Positions 19,331 to 29,414 of a stretch of 64,000 nt of DNA are shown here, in pieces. Below the pieces are notes generated by a model. The model made no database searches, was not told the origin of the DNA, and saw nothing but the letters and a program-made list of their open reading frames with translations. Source of the stretch: an uncultured Gemmatimonadaceae bacterium (lineage in GTDB: Bacteria; Gemmatimonadota; Gemmatimonadetes; Gemmatimonadales; Gemmatimonadaceae); assembly GCA_963817955.1 (NCBI GenBank), contig CAWFQK010000002.1:960001-1024000 (forward strand), given 5' to 3'. The translations under genes were made by a program, and so were the position numbers. Positions within the stretch are counted from its first letter, which is position 1. Each line of letters begins with the position of its first letter.

Positions 19331-22300
19331 ATGACCGAACGCTTTCCCGTCTTCATCGACGCTTCCGGCCGCCGCTGGCGCCGCGTCCGTCGTGCCATGC
19401 TCGTCACCGGCGTGATCAGCACCATTCTGGGACTCGGTGCGGCGCTGAGCCTCTTTCACGAGCCTCTGGGGCCCGAACTACACCCGATATCGCTCGTCCC
19501 GAGCACCCATCCGATGACGCGGCGGGAAGAGCGCGAGCGCACGACGCTGCGCCGTCTTCTCGATCGCGCCATCGCGCGCACCGGCATCGTACCGTACGGA
19601 CGACATCCCTCCTCGAAACCAGCTTCGCCCGTCAGCGGCACGAAGCCGACCGTGCCAGGCAAGCCGATCGTCGCGGGCTTCTACGTCAGCTGGGACGAGA
19701 GCTCGCTGGCGTCACTCGATACGAACATCAAACATCTCGACTGGATCGTGGGCGAGTGGGCATTCGTCGATCCATCGGGCGACTCGTTGGACATCCACGT
19801 GGACGCCCGCGTGATCGCGCGCGATACGCTCGAGGCTGTGGGACACCGGCCGCAACTCATCATCATGGTGAGCAACTATGACCAGTCGGCACGCGATTTC
19901 AGACCGGGTGCACTGAACAAGCTGCTGACACGGCCGGCCGCGCGCGCGCGCGCCATCGAGCAATTGCGGCAGACCGCCATTGCATATGGATTGAGCGGCG
20001 TGCTGATCGATTTCGAGGTGGGACCGGGTGCCGTCGGCATACACGGGACGTCGCTCGCGTTCACGCGCGAGCTACGCGCGGTGCTCGCTCCAATGAGCAA
20101 AGTCACCACCTATGCCGTGCCGTCGTACGCCACCAACGCCGAGCTGAAGGACGCGGCGAGCACGGCCGACATGCTCTTCGCGATGTTGTTCGACGAACAC
20201 TACGGTGCGGGCGATCCCGGCCCGGTCGCAAGCCAGGGCTTTTACGAAACCACGGCGCGCCGCATGGCGAGCGTCGTGCCTCCGAGTCAGCTCATTCTGA
20301 TGATCGGCGCGTACGGCTACGACTGGAACGACATACCTCCCGAGAAGGGAAAGCCACGCATTGCCGAGGCAACGACATTCCAGGACGTGGTGGCGACGCT
20401 GCGCGACAGCGGCGGCGTGCTGCACTTTGATGCGGCATCGCTGAATCCGTACGTGCGCTATACCAGTCCGGACTCCACGGACCACCTCATCTGGTTTCTC
20501 GACGGCACTACGGCGTTCAATCAGATCCGGTTGGCGCGGCAGCTCCATGTGGCGGGGAGCGCCCTCTGGCGATTGGGCGACGAGGATCCGGCGATCTGGC
20601 ACGCGCTGTCGCCGAACGGCAACCTGACATCCGCCGACAGTCTTCGCGACGTGCCACCAGGATACTATCCCGAGACAGAGCAGGTCGGCGAGATCATCCG
20701 CATCCGCGCGCGTCCCCACAACGGATCGCGCACCGTGCGCGTCGACTCGGCGTCCGGCTACATCGTGGATGAAGCCTTCGTGACGTATCCCACCCCGTTC
20801 ATCGTGCAGCGCTACGGGATGCAGCGCGAGCATCCGCATTGGGTGGCGCTCACGTTCGATGATGGTCCAGACGCCAACTGGACGCCGACCATTCTCGACA
20901 CACTGAAGTCGCGTAATGCGAAAGCGACGTTCTTCGTCATCGGCGAGAACGCCGACGCGCACCCAGGACTGCTCCAACGCATGTACGCGGAGGGACACGA
21001 GATCGGCAATCATACGTACTCGCACCCGAATCTCGGCCTCACGCAGGACTTCCGCACACGTCAGGAGATCGATCTCAACGAGGCGCTCATAGAGTCGGTG
21101 ATCAATCGCCGCACGGCGCTATTCCGTCCTCCCTATTTTGGCGACGCCGAACCGACGACGGCTGACGAGCTCGTTCCCGTGGCGGTGGCCTCCGACCGGC
21201 GGTATCTGACAGTCGGGTTGCACGTGGACTCGGAGGACTGGCAGAATCCCCCGGTGAACTCGATCATCGCGCGCGTACTCGACGCGCGCGATGAAATGCT
21301 CGACAGCCTGTCCGCATTCGCCAAGTCCGTTCCGCCGCGCGACACCGACATCGCAGCCAACGTCATTCTCCTGCACGATGGCGGTGGACGGCGCGCCAAT
21401 ACGGTTGCCGCACTCGGCCCACTGATCGATTCGCTGCGCGCGCGGGGCGACACGATCGTACTCGTGTCGACGCTCGCCGGCCTCACGCGGGACCAGGCGA
21501 TGCCGCCGCTGGAACACATCAGCGCGCTCCGCCGCACCTTCCGGTTGTTCGGCTTTCAAGTCCTTGGCACGTCCGAGTGGGTGATCTTCTGGTTATTCAC
21601 GATCGCCGTCGTCCTCGGGATGGCTCGGCTGTTGATCATTGGCGCACTCGCCATCGTGCAGCGCGTGAAAGGACACCAGGACCGTTCTCTGACGACCACC
21701 TTCGCGCCAAACGTGAGTGTGATCGTTCCGGCGTACAACGAAGCGCGCGTGATCGGCCATACCATTGCCAGTCTGCTGATGCAGGAATACGCTGGCGAGA
21801 TCGAGATCGTCGTCGTGGACGACGGATCGTCGGACGGCACGTACGCGGCGGCGTTCGCGGCACACGGCAATCATTCGCAGGTGTCGGTGTTCACGAAGCC
21901 GAATGGCGGAAAGGCCAGCGCGCTCAACTTCGGCCTGGAACGCGCGCGCTACGACGTCGTCGTGTGTCTCGATGCCGACACGATATTCGCGCCGGATACC
22001 ATCGCCGAATTGGTACAGCCGCTGCAGAATCCGCGCGTGGGCGCCGTCGCGGGAAACGCCAAGGTCGGCAACCGTATCAATCTGATCACGCGGTGGCAGG
22101 CCGTGGAATACGTGACGAGCCAGAATCTGGACCGGCGGGCCTTCTCGCTTCTCGACTGCATCACCGTGGTTCCTGGCGCCGTGGGCGCATGGCGCCGCTC
22201 GGCAGTACTCGAAATCGGCGGCTTCCGCGAAGACACCCTGGCCGAGGACCAGGACCTGACACTCCAGCTGCGACGTGTTGGCTATTCGGTGGCCTACGCC

Positions 22301-22834
22301 GATGGCGCCGTGGCGTACACCGAGGCGCCGGATACACTGCGGACCCTCGCGCGCCAGCGCTTCCGGTGGTCGTTCGGTACGCTGCAATGCGCATGGAAAC
22401 ATCGCGACACGTTGTTCCGCCGCCGCTATGGATCCCTTGGCTGGGTCGCATTGCCTAACGTCTGGCTCTTTCAACTCCTGCTGCCGGCAATTTCACCGCT
22501 TGCGGACCTGATGTTCGTGTGGAGCCTGGTGTCAGTATGGATGACGTGGAACACCCATGGCGGCACGTATGCGCTGTCGAATCTGGAGCAAGTGCTGGTC
22601 TACTACGGCGTATTCCTCGTGGTGGACTGGTTGGCAGGCATGCTCGCATTTCTCATGGAATCGGGCGAAGACCTGTCGTTGACCTGGTTGATCCTGCTCC
22701 AGCGTTTTGTGTATCGGCAACTCATGTACTGGGTGGTGGTGAAGGCGTTCACGGCGGCGATCACTGGACGCCTCGTCGGGTGGGGAAAGCTCGAGCGGAA
22801 GGCGACCGTCACGATGGCGCGACTGGAGACATGA
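19331..22834 (+). CDS. Fusion of GH18-like domain, polysaccharide deacetylase and GT2 glycosyltransferase
   Basis: GVLIDFE (GH18-like); LTFDDGP, GNHTYSH, RPPY, LLHDGG (NodB); DDGS, DAD, EDQD, QRFRW (processive GT2) with C-terminal TM helices. Confidence 0.92.
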   Translation: MTERFPVFIDASGRRWRRVRRAMLVTGVISTILGLGAALSLFHEPLGPELHPISLVPSTHPMTRREERERTTLRRLLDRAIARTGIVPYGRHPSSKPASPVSGTKPTVPGKPIVAGFYVSWDESSLASLDTNIKHLDWIVGEWAFVDPSGDSLDIHVDARVIARDTLEAVGHRPQLIIMVSNYDQSARDFRPGALNKLLTRPAARARAIEQLRQTAIAYGLSGVLIDFEVGPGAVGIHGTSLAFTRELRAVLAPMSKVTTYAVPSYATNAELKDAASTADMLFAMLFDEHYGAGDPGPVASQGFYETTARRMASVVPPSQLILMIGAYGYDWNDIPPEKGKPRIAEATTFQDVVATLRDSGGVLHFDAASLNPYVRYTSPDSTDHLIWFLDGTTAFNQIRLARQLHVAGSALWRLGDEDPAIWHALSPNGNLTSADSLRDVPPGYYPETEQVGEIIRIRARPHNGSRTVRVDSASGYIVDEAFVTYPTPFIVQRYGMQREHPHWVALTFDDGPDANWTPTILDTLKSRNAKATFFVIGENADAHPGLLQRMYAEGHEIGNHTYSHPNLGLTQDFRTRQEIDLNEALIESVINRRTALFRPPYFGDAEPTTADELVPVAVASDRRYLTVGLHVDSEDWQNPPVNSIIARVLDARDEMLDSLSAFAKSVPPRDTDIAANVILLHDGGGRRANTVAALGPLIDSLRARGDTIVLVSTLAGLTRDQAMPPLEHISALRRTFRLFGFQVLGTSEWVIFWLFTIAVVLGMARLLIIGALAIVQRVKGHQDRSLTTTFAPNVSVIVPAYNEARVIGHTIASLLMQEYAGEIEIVVVDDGSSDGTYAAAFAAHGNHSQVSVFTKPNGGKASALNFGLERARYDVVVCLDADTIFAPDTIAELVQPLQNPRVGAVAGNAKVGNRINLITRWQAVEYVTSQNLDRRAFSLLDCITVVPGAVGAWRRSAVLEIGGFREDTLAEDQDLTLQLRRVGYSVAYADGAVAYTEAPDTLRTLARQRFRWSFGTLQCAWKHRDTLFRRRYGSLGWVALPNVWLFQLLLPAISPLADLMFVWSLVSVWMTWNTHGGTYALSNLEQVLVYYGVFLVVDWLAGMLAFLMESGEDLSLTWLILLQRFVYRQLMYWVVVKAFTAAITGRLVGWGKLERKATVTMARLET

Positions 22835-23706
22835 TTCCGGCGTTCGTGAACCCTCTGGTGGGCAACGCCGAGGCCGCACGCGCTGCGCTCCGGGCCGTGG
22901 GTGGCTTTGATGTTTTCGACGTGCCACCATCGACATTGGCCGATCGAGTGCACTCGGCAATCGGGCGTGGTGCGACCCGCATCCTCGTGGCGGGCGGTGA
23001 TGGTTCCATTGGTAGTGCCGCGGGTGCACTTGCCGGCACAGGCGTGGAGCTCGCCATTCTGCCCTGCGGCACGCTGAACCACCTCGCCAAAGACCTCTCG
23101 CTGCCACTGGAACTGGAAGCGGCCGCGCGCGTGGCAGTGGAAGGCCGCTCGGTGCTGGTGGATGCGGCGGTGGTGAACGATCGCATCTTTCTCAACACGA
23201 GCTCCGTGGGCGCATATGTGCGCTTCGTTCGCGCGCGTGAGCGACTGGAAAAGCGCATGGGTTACTACGTCGCGTCACTCCTCGCCGGCGCGCAGTTATT
23301 GCTGCGTATGCCAAGCTTCAGGGTGACGCTGAACGTGAGAGGCGTGACGCGCGAATACCTGACGCCGCTCGTCTTCATCGGCGTCGGCGAACGCGAGCTC
23401 CGGCTCCCGGCACTCGGCGCGCGCGTGCCAGCGGGAAAACCCGGACTGCACGTGATGGTGGTGCGGCGGCGCTCCGCCGCGCGAGCCCTCGCTCTTGGAT
23501 TGGCCGCCGCAGCGCGCGGCGTGGACGCAGTATCGCACACGCCGGCACTGGACGCATTCATCGTGGAGTCTTGTAAGATAGAGCCCCACATGCGAACGAT
23601 CGCCGTCGATGGAGAGCTCGTGCGTGCCACCCCCCCGCTGCTTTATCGCCACGTGCCCGGACAGTTGCGCGCGGTTGTCGCGAACACCGCGGAACGTGCC
23701 GCCTGA
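22831..23706 (+). CDS. Diacylglycerol/lipid kinase family protein
   Basis: VNP, AGGDGS, GTLNHLAKDL, AVDGE; ATGA overlap fixes the start at 22831. Confidence 0.85.
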   Translation: MIPAFVNPLVGNAEAARAALRAVGGFDVFDVPPSTLADRVHSAIGRGATRILVAGGDGSIGSAAGALAGTGVELAILPCGTLNHLAKDLSLPLELEAAARVAVEGRSVLVDAAVVNDRIFLNTSSVGAYVRFVRARERLEKRMGYYVASLLAGAQLLLRMPSFRVTLNVRGVTREYLTPLVFIGVGERELRLPALGARVPAGKPGLHVMVVRRRSAARALALGLAAAARGVDAVSHTPALDAFIVESCKIEPHMRTIAVDGELVRATPPLLYRHVPGQLRAVVANTAERAA

Positions 23707-23744
23707 CTTCCCGCAGCCTCGCGTAGGGCCGTAGTTTCCAACGA

Positions 23745-25199
23745 ATGACGACGAGCGTCTTCTCCGCCATCGATCAGGAACTTGCCGCGCAGCTCGCCGC
23801 GATCGTCGGCGAACGACGCGTTTTGTTCCGTCCATCCGAGCTGCTCACGTACAGTTCGGATGGCCTGCCGTCTCATCACAAGCAACCTGGTCTGGCCGTC
23901 TTCCCGGGCACGCGTGACGAAGTCGTAGCCGTCGTTCGCGCGCTCGCGCAGCGCGGCGTTCCTTTCGTGCCGCGGGGCGCGGGCACGGGACTCTCTGGAG
24001 GGGCGCTTGCTGATGGCATCGTGCTCGTCGGCCTCAATCGCCTGACACGCATTCTGTCGATCGACGCGGAGAACTGTCGCGCGGTCGTCGAGCCTGGCGT
24101 GGTGAACACGACACTCAGTCGCGCAGTCGCACAGCACGGCCTGCACTACGCGCCAGATCCGTCGAGCCAGACGGTGTGCACCATCGGCGGCAACGTTGCC
24201 GAGAATGCCGGCGGGCCGCACTGCCTGAAGTACGGTGTGACGACCAATCACATCGTCGCACTGACGGTGCTGCTGCCGGATGGCGAGATCGTCGAATTCG
24301 GCAACGCACGGTTCGGAGGGGAGCACGATGGCTACGATCTCGTCGGCGCGTTCGTCGGCTCAGAAGGCTGCTTCGGGATCGCACTGGACATCACGGTGCG
24401 GCTGACGCGAAATCCCGAGGCCGTGCGCACTTTGCTCGCCGACTTCATGTCGCTGGACGCGGCCGCACGCGCCGTGTCGGCCGTCGTGGCCGCTGGCATC
24501 GTACCGGCCGCGCTGGAGATGATCGACCAGGCGACGATCCGCGCCGTAGAGTCCTCGATCTACGCGGCAGGTTATCCGACCGACGCGGCCGCCGCGCTGC
24601 TCATCGAGCTGGATGGCGCGTTGGCGGGGCTCGAACGCGACGTGGCGACGGTGGAGGCATTGTGCACCGCGAACGGCGCGCGAACGGTGCGCATCGCGCG
24701 AGATGAAGCGGAGCGTACGCGCCTCTGGCTGGGACGCAAGAAGGCATTTGGAGCGATGGGACGCGTGTCGTCGCATCTCGTCGTGCAGGACGCCGTGGTG
24801 CCGCGGACGCGTCTTCCAGACGTACTGTCGGAGATTCACCGCATCGGACAGCTGCATCGCGTCCGCGTGTGCAACGTGTTCCACGCTGGCGACGGGAATC
24901 TCCACCCAAACATCGCGTACAATGCGTCGGATCCCGACGAGTCTCAGCGCGTGCACGCGGCGATGCGCGAGATCATGACTGCCTGCGTAAAAGCCGGCGG
25001 AACGATCACTGGCGAACATGGCGTGGGATTGGACAAGCTGCCGTACATGGAGCTGATCTTCTCGCCGGATTCACTCGCCGTGATGTGTGCGCTACGCGCA
25101 GTGTTCGACCCCGACGGGCGTTCGAACCCTGGCAAGGCCGTTCCCATGCACGCCTGCCGCGAATGGCACGGGGTTCCGTCGACGCGAGGCGCGCGATGA
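23745..25199 (+). CDS. glcD: Glycolate oxidase subunit GlcD-like FAD-linked oxidase
   Basis: PRGAGTGLSGG, PDPSS..TIGGNVAENAGGPHCLKYG, HAGDGNLHP, GEHGVG. Confidence 0.9.
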   Translation: MTTSVFSAIDQELAAQLAAIVGERRVLFRPSELLTYSSDGLPSHHKQPGLAVFPGTRDEVVAVVRALAQRGVPFVPRGAGTGLSGGALADGIVLVGLNRLTRILSIDAENCRAVVEPGVVNTTLSRAVAQHGLHYAPDPSSQTVCTIGGNVAENAGGPHCLKYGVTTNHIVALTVLLPDGEIVEFGNARFGGEHDGYDLVGAFVGSEGCFGIALDITVRLTRNPEAVRTLLADFMSLDAAARAVSAVVAAGIVPAALEMIDQATIRAVESSIYAAGYPTDAAAALLIELDGALAGLERDVATVEALCTANGARTVRIARDEAERTRLWLGRKKAFGAMGRVSSHLVVQDAVVPRTRLPDVLSEIHRIGQLHRVRVCNVFHAGDGNLHPNIAYNASDPDESQRVHAAMREIMTACVKAGGTITGEHGVGLDKLPYMELIFSPDSLAVMCALRAVFDPDGRSNPGKAVPMHACREWHGVPSTRGAR

Positions 25200-26329
25200 C
25201 AGCAACTGCCACCGGTTCCGTGCAGGCTCTGTCCGATCGCATAGTGGACGCTGCAGAGCACGGAACGTCGCTGCGCATCGTCGGCCGCGGCATGTGGCTC
25301 GACGCCGGACGTCCGGTGACTTCGACGGCTACAATTTCAACGCGTGAGCTCAAAGGCATTACCGAGTACGTGCCCGGAGATCTCACCCTCACGGCGCACG
25401 CGGGAACGACGCTGGCCGAGATTCGCGACGCGACCGCCGCCCACGGGCAGTGGCTCGCGCTGGACCCGAACGGCAGCGACGAAGGAAGCATCGGCGCCAC
25501 GATCGCGACCGCATCCTGCGGACCGTTGAGCGCGTTTTTCGGCACGCCGCGTGACCTGGTGCTCGGCGTTGAATTCGTGACCGGGTCAGGCACCATCGCC
25601 CGTGGCGGTGGCCGCGTGGTCAAGAACGTCGCGGGGTTCGACCTCTCGCGGCTCATGACCGGCGCGTGGGGTACGCTCGGCGTTCTCACCGAGGTGACGG
25701 TACGGCTGCACGCACGTCCCGAGGTGGATCATTCGTTATCGCTGCCGGTCGATCCATCCGCCGAGAGCGTAGCAACGGTACGTCGTCTGTTGCGACGTCT
25801 GCCGTTCTCGCCCCTCGCTTGCGAGGTGGTGAACGCGCCGCTCGCTCGACTCCTGACCGGCGAGGCACGAGCCGTCGCCCTGTTCCGGCTGGGCGGCAAC
25901 GAAGAGTCTGTACGCGCACAACGCGCCGCGCTCGCCGAGTTGGGAGACGCGACCGACGTGCCTGAGGAAATCTGGCAGCGTCTGCGGGCTATCGCGCCGG
26001 CAGACGCATCGGTCCTTCGTGTGTCACAGTTGGCCGACGTGGCGAGCACCTGGCACATTGCACGCGCGCTGGGTGAGGACGTGTTATTGCACGCATCGCC
26101 GACGCGCGGCATCGTGCGGTGCATAGTGCCGGAGACCGTTTCGCGCGACACCCTCGAGAGGTGGTTCAGAGAATCGTCTACCGTAACGCGAATCGGTGAA
26201 CGGTTGCCGGCTGACTTATGGCCGCTCTGTGGGCCATCGCCCGTTGGCGACCGGATATCGCGCGGCATCAAGCGTACCTTCGATCCCGCCAATGTGCTGA
26301 ACCCAGGCATTCTCGGAGAGTTGGCGTGA
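25196..26329 (+). CDS. glcE: Glycolate oxidase FAD-binding subunit GlcE-like
   Basis: EYVPGDLT, GGRVVKNVAGFDL, FDPANVLNPG; ATGA overlap with glcD. Confidence 0.87.
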   Translation: MTATATGSVQALSDRIVDAAEHGTSLRIVGRGMWLDAGRPVTSTATISTRELKGITEYVPGDLTLTAHAGTTLAEIRDATAAHGQWLALDPNGSDEGSIGATIATASCGPLSAFFGTPRDLVLGVEFVTGSGTIARGGGRVVKNVAGFDLSRLMTGAWGTLGVLTEVTVRLHARPEVDHSLSLPVDPSAESVATVRRLLRRLPFSPLACEVVNAPLARLLTGEARAVALFRLGGNEESVRAQRAALAELGDATDVPEEIWQRLRAIAPADASVLRVSQLADVASTWHIARALGEDVLLHASPTRGIVRCIVPETVSRDTLERWFRESSTVTRIGERLPADLWPLCGPSPVGDRISRGIKRTFDPANVLNPGILGELA

Positions 26330-27612
26330 GCGCTCCCGTCATCGTCCCTCCGGAATGCGCGCTGCCTGACAGCCCGCTCGCGAAGGAGCGATCGGGAGTC
26401 GATGCCTGCGTGCACTGCGGATTCTGCCTCCAGGCCTGTCCCACCTATCTCACGCTCGAAGACGAGAACGACAGCCCGCGCGGACGCATCCTGTTCATGC
26501 GTTCGCTGCTCGAAGGCACGCTGCCGCCCGAGAACGAGAGCGTGCATACGCACATCGCGCAGTGCCTCGGCTGTCGCGCCTGCGAAACAGTATGCCCATC
26601 CGGCGTTCCCTACGGACATCTGCTCGAGGCAACTCGGGCAACGCTTGCCGAGCACCGTCCGATATCCGCTGTGGCACGGGTCGTACTTTCGGTGTTCGAA
26701 CGTCCGTGGTTGCTGGCGTTGGCACTCGCGGGGGGTCGAATCGCGCGCGCCACAGGAGTATCGCGACTGCTCGCACGGCTGCCGGGACGTCTGGGATTCG
26801 CCATGGCGATGCTCAGCTCTACCCGGCGCACGAACACCAGCAGGCGGCCGCTGCCGTCCTCGACCGGCGCGCGCGGGCGCGTGGCGCTGCTCACCGGCTG
26901 CGTCATGGAGGGCCTGTTCGCCGACACGAACCGCGCCACCGAGCGCGTGATAGCCGCAAACGATTACGCGGTGGAGCAGGCGCCGGAACAGCGTTGTTGC
27001 GGCGCACTGCACGCGCACGCCGGTGACCTGGAGGCTGCGCGGCGATTGGCGAGGGCCAACATCGCTGCATTCGAGCGCGCAGATGTGGATTTCATTTGTG
27101 TCAACGCCGCGGGATGCGGCGCCATGATGAAGGAGTACGATCATCTGCTACGCGACGACACCGCGTGGCGAGAACGGGCGACCCGGTTCGTGGCGAAGGT
27201 CCGTGACGTGAGCGAATTATTGGCCGTCGCCGGTCCGGCACGTGGGGGCGCCTTGCGTCTGCGCGTCGCGTACGACGCACCCTGTCACCTGGTGCATGCA
27301 CAACGCGTTGCCACTCCGCCGCTGGACGTTCTGCGCGCCATTCCAGAGCTCGAGCTCGTTCCGCTGAACGGAAGCGACGTGTGCTGCGGGAGCGCCGGCA
27401 TCTACAATCTCATTGAACCGGAGATCTCTGACGCGGTGCTCGACCGGAAACTCGCCAACATCGCCGCGTCGGGCGCTGACGTCATCGCGACGGGAAATCC
27501 AGGCTGTCTGATGCAGATCGGGGCCGGGCTGTTGCGCGCCGGCTCGAGCGCGCACGCCGTACATCCGGTGGAACTGCTCGACGCATCCTACGCGAAACAG
27601 GCGCCGCGCTGA
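26326..27612 (+). CDS. glcF: Glycolate oxidase iron-sulfur subunit GlcF-like
   Basis: CVHCGFCLQACP and CLGCRACETVCP ferredoxin motifs, two CCG domains; GTGA overlap. Confidence 0.9.
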   Translation: MSAPVIVPPECALPDSPLAKERSGVDACVHCGFCLQACPTYLTLEDENDSPRGRILFMRSLLEGTLPPENESVHTHIAQCLGCRACETVCPSGVPYGHLLEATRATLAEHRPISAVARVVLSVFERPWLLALALAGGRIARATGVSRLLARLPGRLGFAMAMLSSTRRTNTSRRPLPSSTGARGRVALLTGCVMEGLFADTNRATERVIAANDYAVEQAPEQRCCGALHAHAGDLEAARRLARANIAAFERADVDFICVNAAGCGAMMKEYDHLLRDDTAWRERATRFVAKVRDVSELLAVAGPARGGALRLRVAYDAPCHLVHAQRVATPPLDVLRAIPELELVPLNGSDVCCGSAGIYNLIEPEISDAVLDRKLANIAASGADVIATGNPGCLMQIGAGLLRAGSSAHAVHPVELLDASYAKQAPR

Positions 27613-27662
27613 GCAGCGTATGGGCGTGGCGCGGTCCCGCCGTTCCCGTTTACTTACGCCAT

Positions 27663-28346
27663 ATGGTGGACGTCGCACTGTTCGAGTTGGAAGGGGTGCT
27701 GTTCGACACCCGCGAACTACGCCGGGATAGCCTCCACGACGCGCTACAGGCGCACGGCATCGACCCCTCCGATCTCTGGACTACCGACGCCCTCCCACCA
27801 CGTGCCGCGGCAGCAGACCTCTTTCGCAACAGCGCACTCGCGGCCGATGACGTCCTGCTGGACTTGATTGCCCGACGCGCGGAGCACGGGTTCTCCTTTC
27901 GCCTTGCCACGCACGGCGCGGCGCTGCAGGCTGGAAGCGGCGAGTTCATTGATGGCGCCGTCACGCATGCGCGGCTCGCAGCAGTGACGCGTGCGTCGCG
28001 TAGCGACGCCAATACCATGCTGCGATTGTCGGGATTGGAAAACGCGTTCACGATGGTGGTCACGGCTGATGACGTGCTCGACGTCAAGCCGGCTGCCGCC
28101 GCATATCACGTTGCCCTCGAGCGACTGGCAAGCCAGCGAGCGGTGTCACTCGAGAGCGTGTTGGCTTTGGAAGATGGAATGGCCGGCATTCGTGCCGCGC
28201 GCGCTGCCGGTGTTCGATGCGCGGCGGTAGGTGCGATGCCTGTTCACGTCGCAATGGAAGCGGACGCCTACGTGGACGGGTTGCAAGGGCAATCGCTGCG
28301 GACGCTCGACAGGTTGTCGAGCCAAAGGCAGGAGCGCGAACGATGA
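27663..28346 (+). CDS. HAD-superfamily protein (beta-PGM-like) with degenerate motif I
   Basis: FELEGVLFDT (motif I with ExE), DVKP, LEDG..GIRAARAAG. Confidence 0.8.
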   Translation: MVDVALFELEGVLFDTRELRRDSLHDALQAHGIDPSDLWTTDALPPRAAAADLFRNSALAADDVLLDLIARRAEHGFSFRLATHGAALQAGSGEFIDGAVTHARLAAVTRASRSDANTMLRLSGLENAFTMVVTADDVLDVKPAAAAYHVALERLASQRAVSLESVLALEDGMAGIRAARAAGVRCAAVGAMPVHVAMEADAYVDGLQGQSLRTLDRLSSQRQERER

Positions 28347-29413
28347 CGGATCCCTCCATCGCGGCGGCACCTCACGGGTCGATAATGGAAATTGCTGGCC
28401 AGGAGATCGTTCGGACGTATGGCAACGTCCATGGCGAATACGAGGCATTGCATCGCGATGCGATCGTCATCGATCGCAGTCATCGCGGACGGCTGCGCTT
28501 CTTCGGGAAGACGTCGGGCGAAGCGCTCACCGGCCTCGTGACGAACGACGTGCTGGCCATGCAGCCCGGACACGGGCAGTACGGCGTGGCACTCTCCCCT
28601 AAGGGACGCATCACGGCGGATCTGCGCATCTTCGCCGGCGCTGAGTCGTATCTCGTCGACACGTCGCCGCGCGCATGGCCAGGCTGGTTGGCCATGGTGA
28701 AGAAGTACGTCAACCCTCGCATGTCGAGCTATCGTGACGAATCGCATACGCTGCGCGACATTGGCGTCTTTGGTGTGCAGGCGCAGCGCATCGTGGCGGA
28801 GATGACCGGGCTGAACCCCGATGCACTCGCGGCGCTCGTGCCATACGCCCACGTGGACACAACAATCGACGGTGTGCCGGTGACGATCGCCCGTTCTCCG
28901 GACATCGCGATAGGCGGATACGATCTGTTCGTCCCGTTCGACGCGTTCGACGCATTGTGGGATCGTGCGACGGCAGCCGGCGCCGCGCCCGCTGGGCTCG
29001 ACGTATGGGAGATCGCTCGCGTCGAGGCGGGACGTCCCGAATGGGGACTCGACATCGACGCAAACACGATTCCGCAGGAAGCAAACCTCGACGATCTCAA
29101 TGCGATCTCGTACACCAAGGGCTGCTACATCGGCCAGGAGGTCGTGGCGCGCGTGCACTTCCGCGGGCATGTCAATCGTCACTTGCGAGGCATTCGCGCC
29201 GCGAGTGTGGACGGTCCCCCCATGGACGCGCAGCTCATCGACGATTCCGGCAATCACGTGGGCGACGTGCGTAGTTCGGTGCAGTCACCCCGACTCGGCG
29301 GAATTGCGCTCGCCATGGTGAGGCGGGAAATCACGCCGGGAATGAGCCTCAACGCAAAGTGGGAGCAGGGCGAGCGCCGAGTGGACGTCGTCACGCTGCC
29401 CTTCCCCGCATAG
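28343..29413 (+). CDS. ygfZ: Folate-binding YgfZ/GcvT-family protein
   Basis: Signature KGCYIGQEVVAR; GcvT-like fold; ATGA overlap. Confidence 0.88.
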   Translation: MTDPSIAAAPHGSIMEIAGQEIVRTYGNVHGEYEALHRDAIVIDRSHRGRLRFFGKTSGEALTGLVTNDVLAMQPGHGQYGVALSPKGRITADLRIFAGAESYLVDTSPRAWPGWLAMVKKYVNPRMSSYRDESHTLRDIGVFGVQAQRIVAEMTGLNPDALAALVPYAHVDTTIDGVPVTIARSPDIAIGGYDLFVPFDAFDALWDRATAAGAAPAGLDVWEIARVEAGRPEWGLDIDANTIPQEANLDDLNAISYTKGCYIGQEVVARVHFRGHVNRHLRGIRAASVDGPPMDAQLIDDSGNHVGDVRSSVQSPRLGGIALAMVRREITPGMSLNAKWEQGERRVDVVTLPFPA

Positions 29414-29414
29414 A

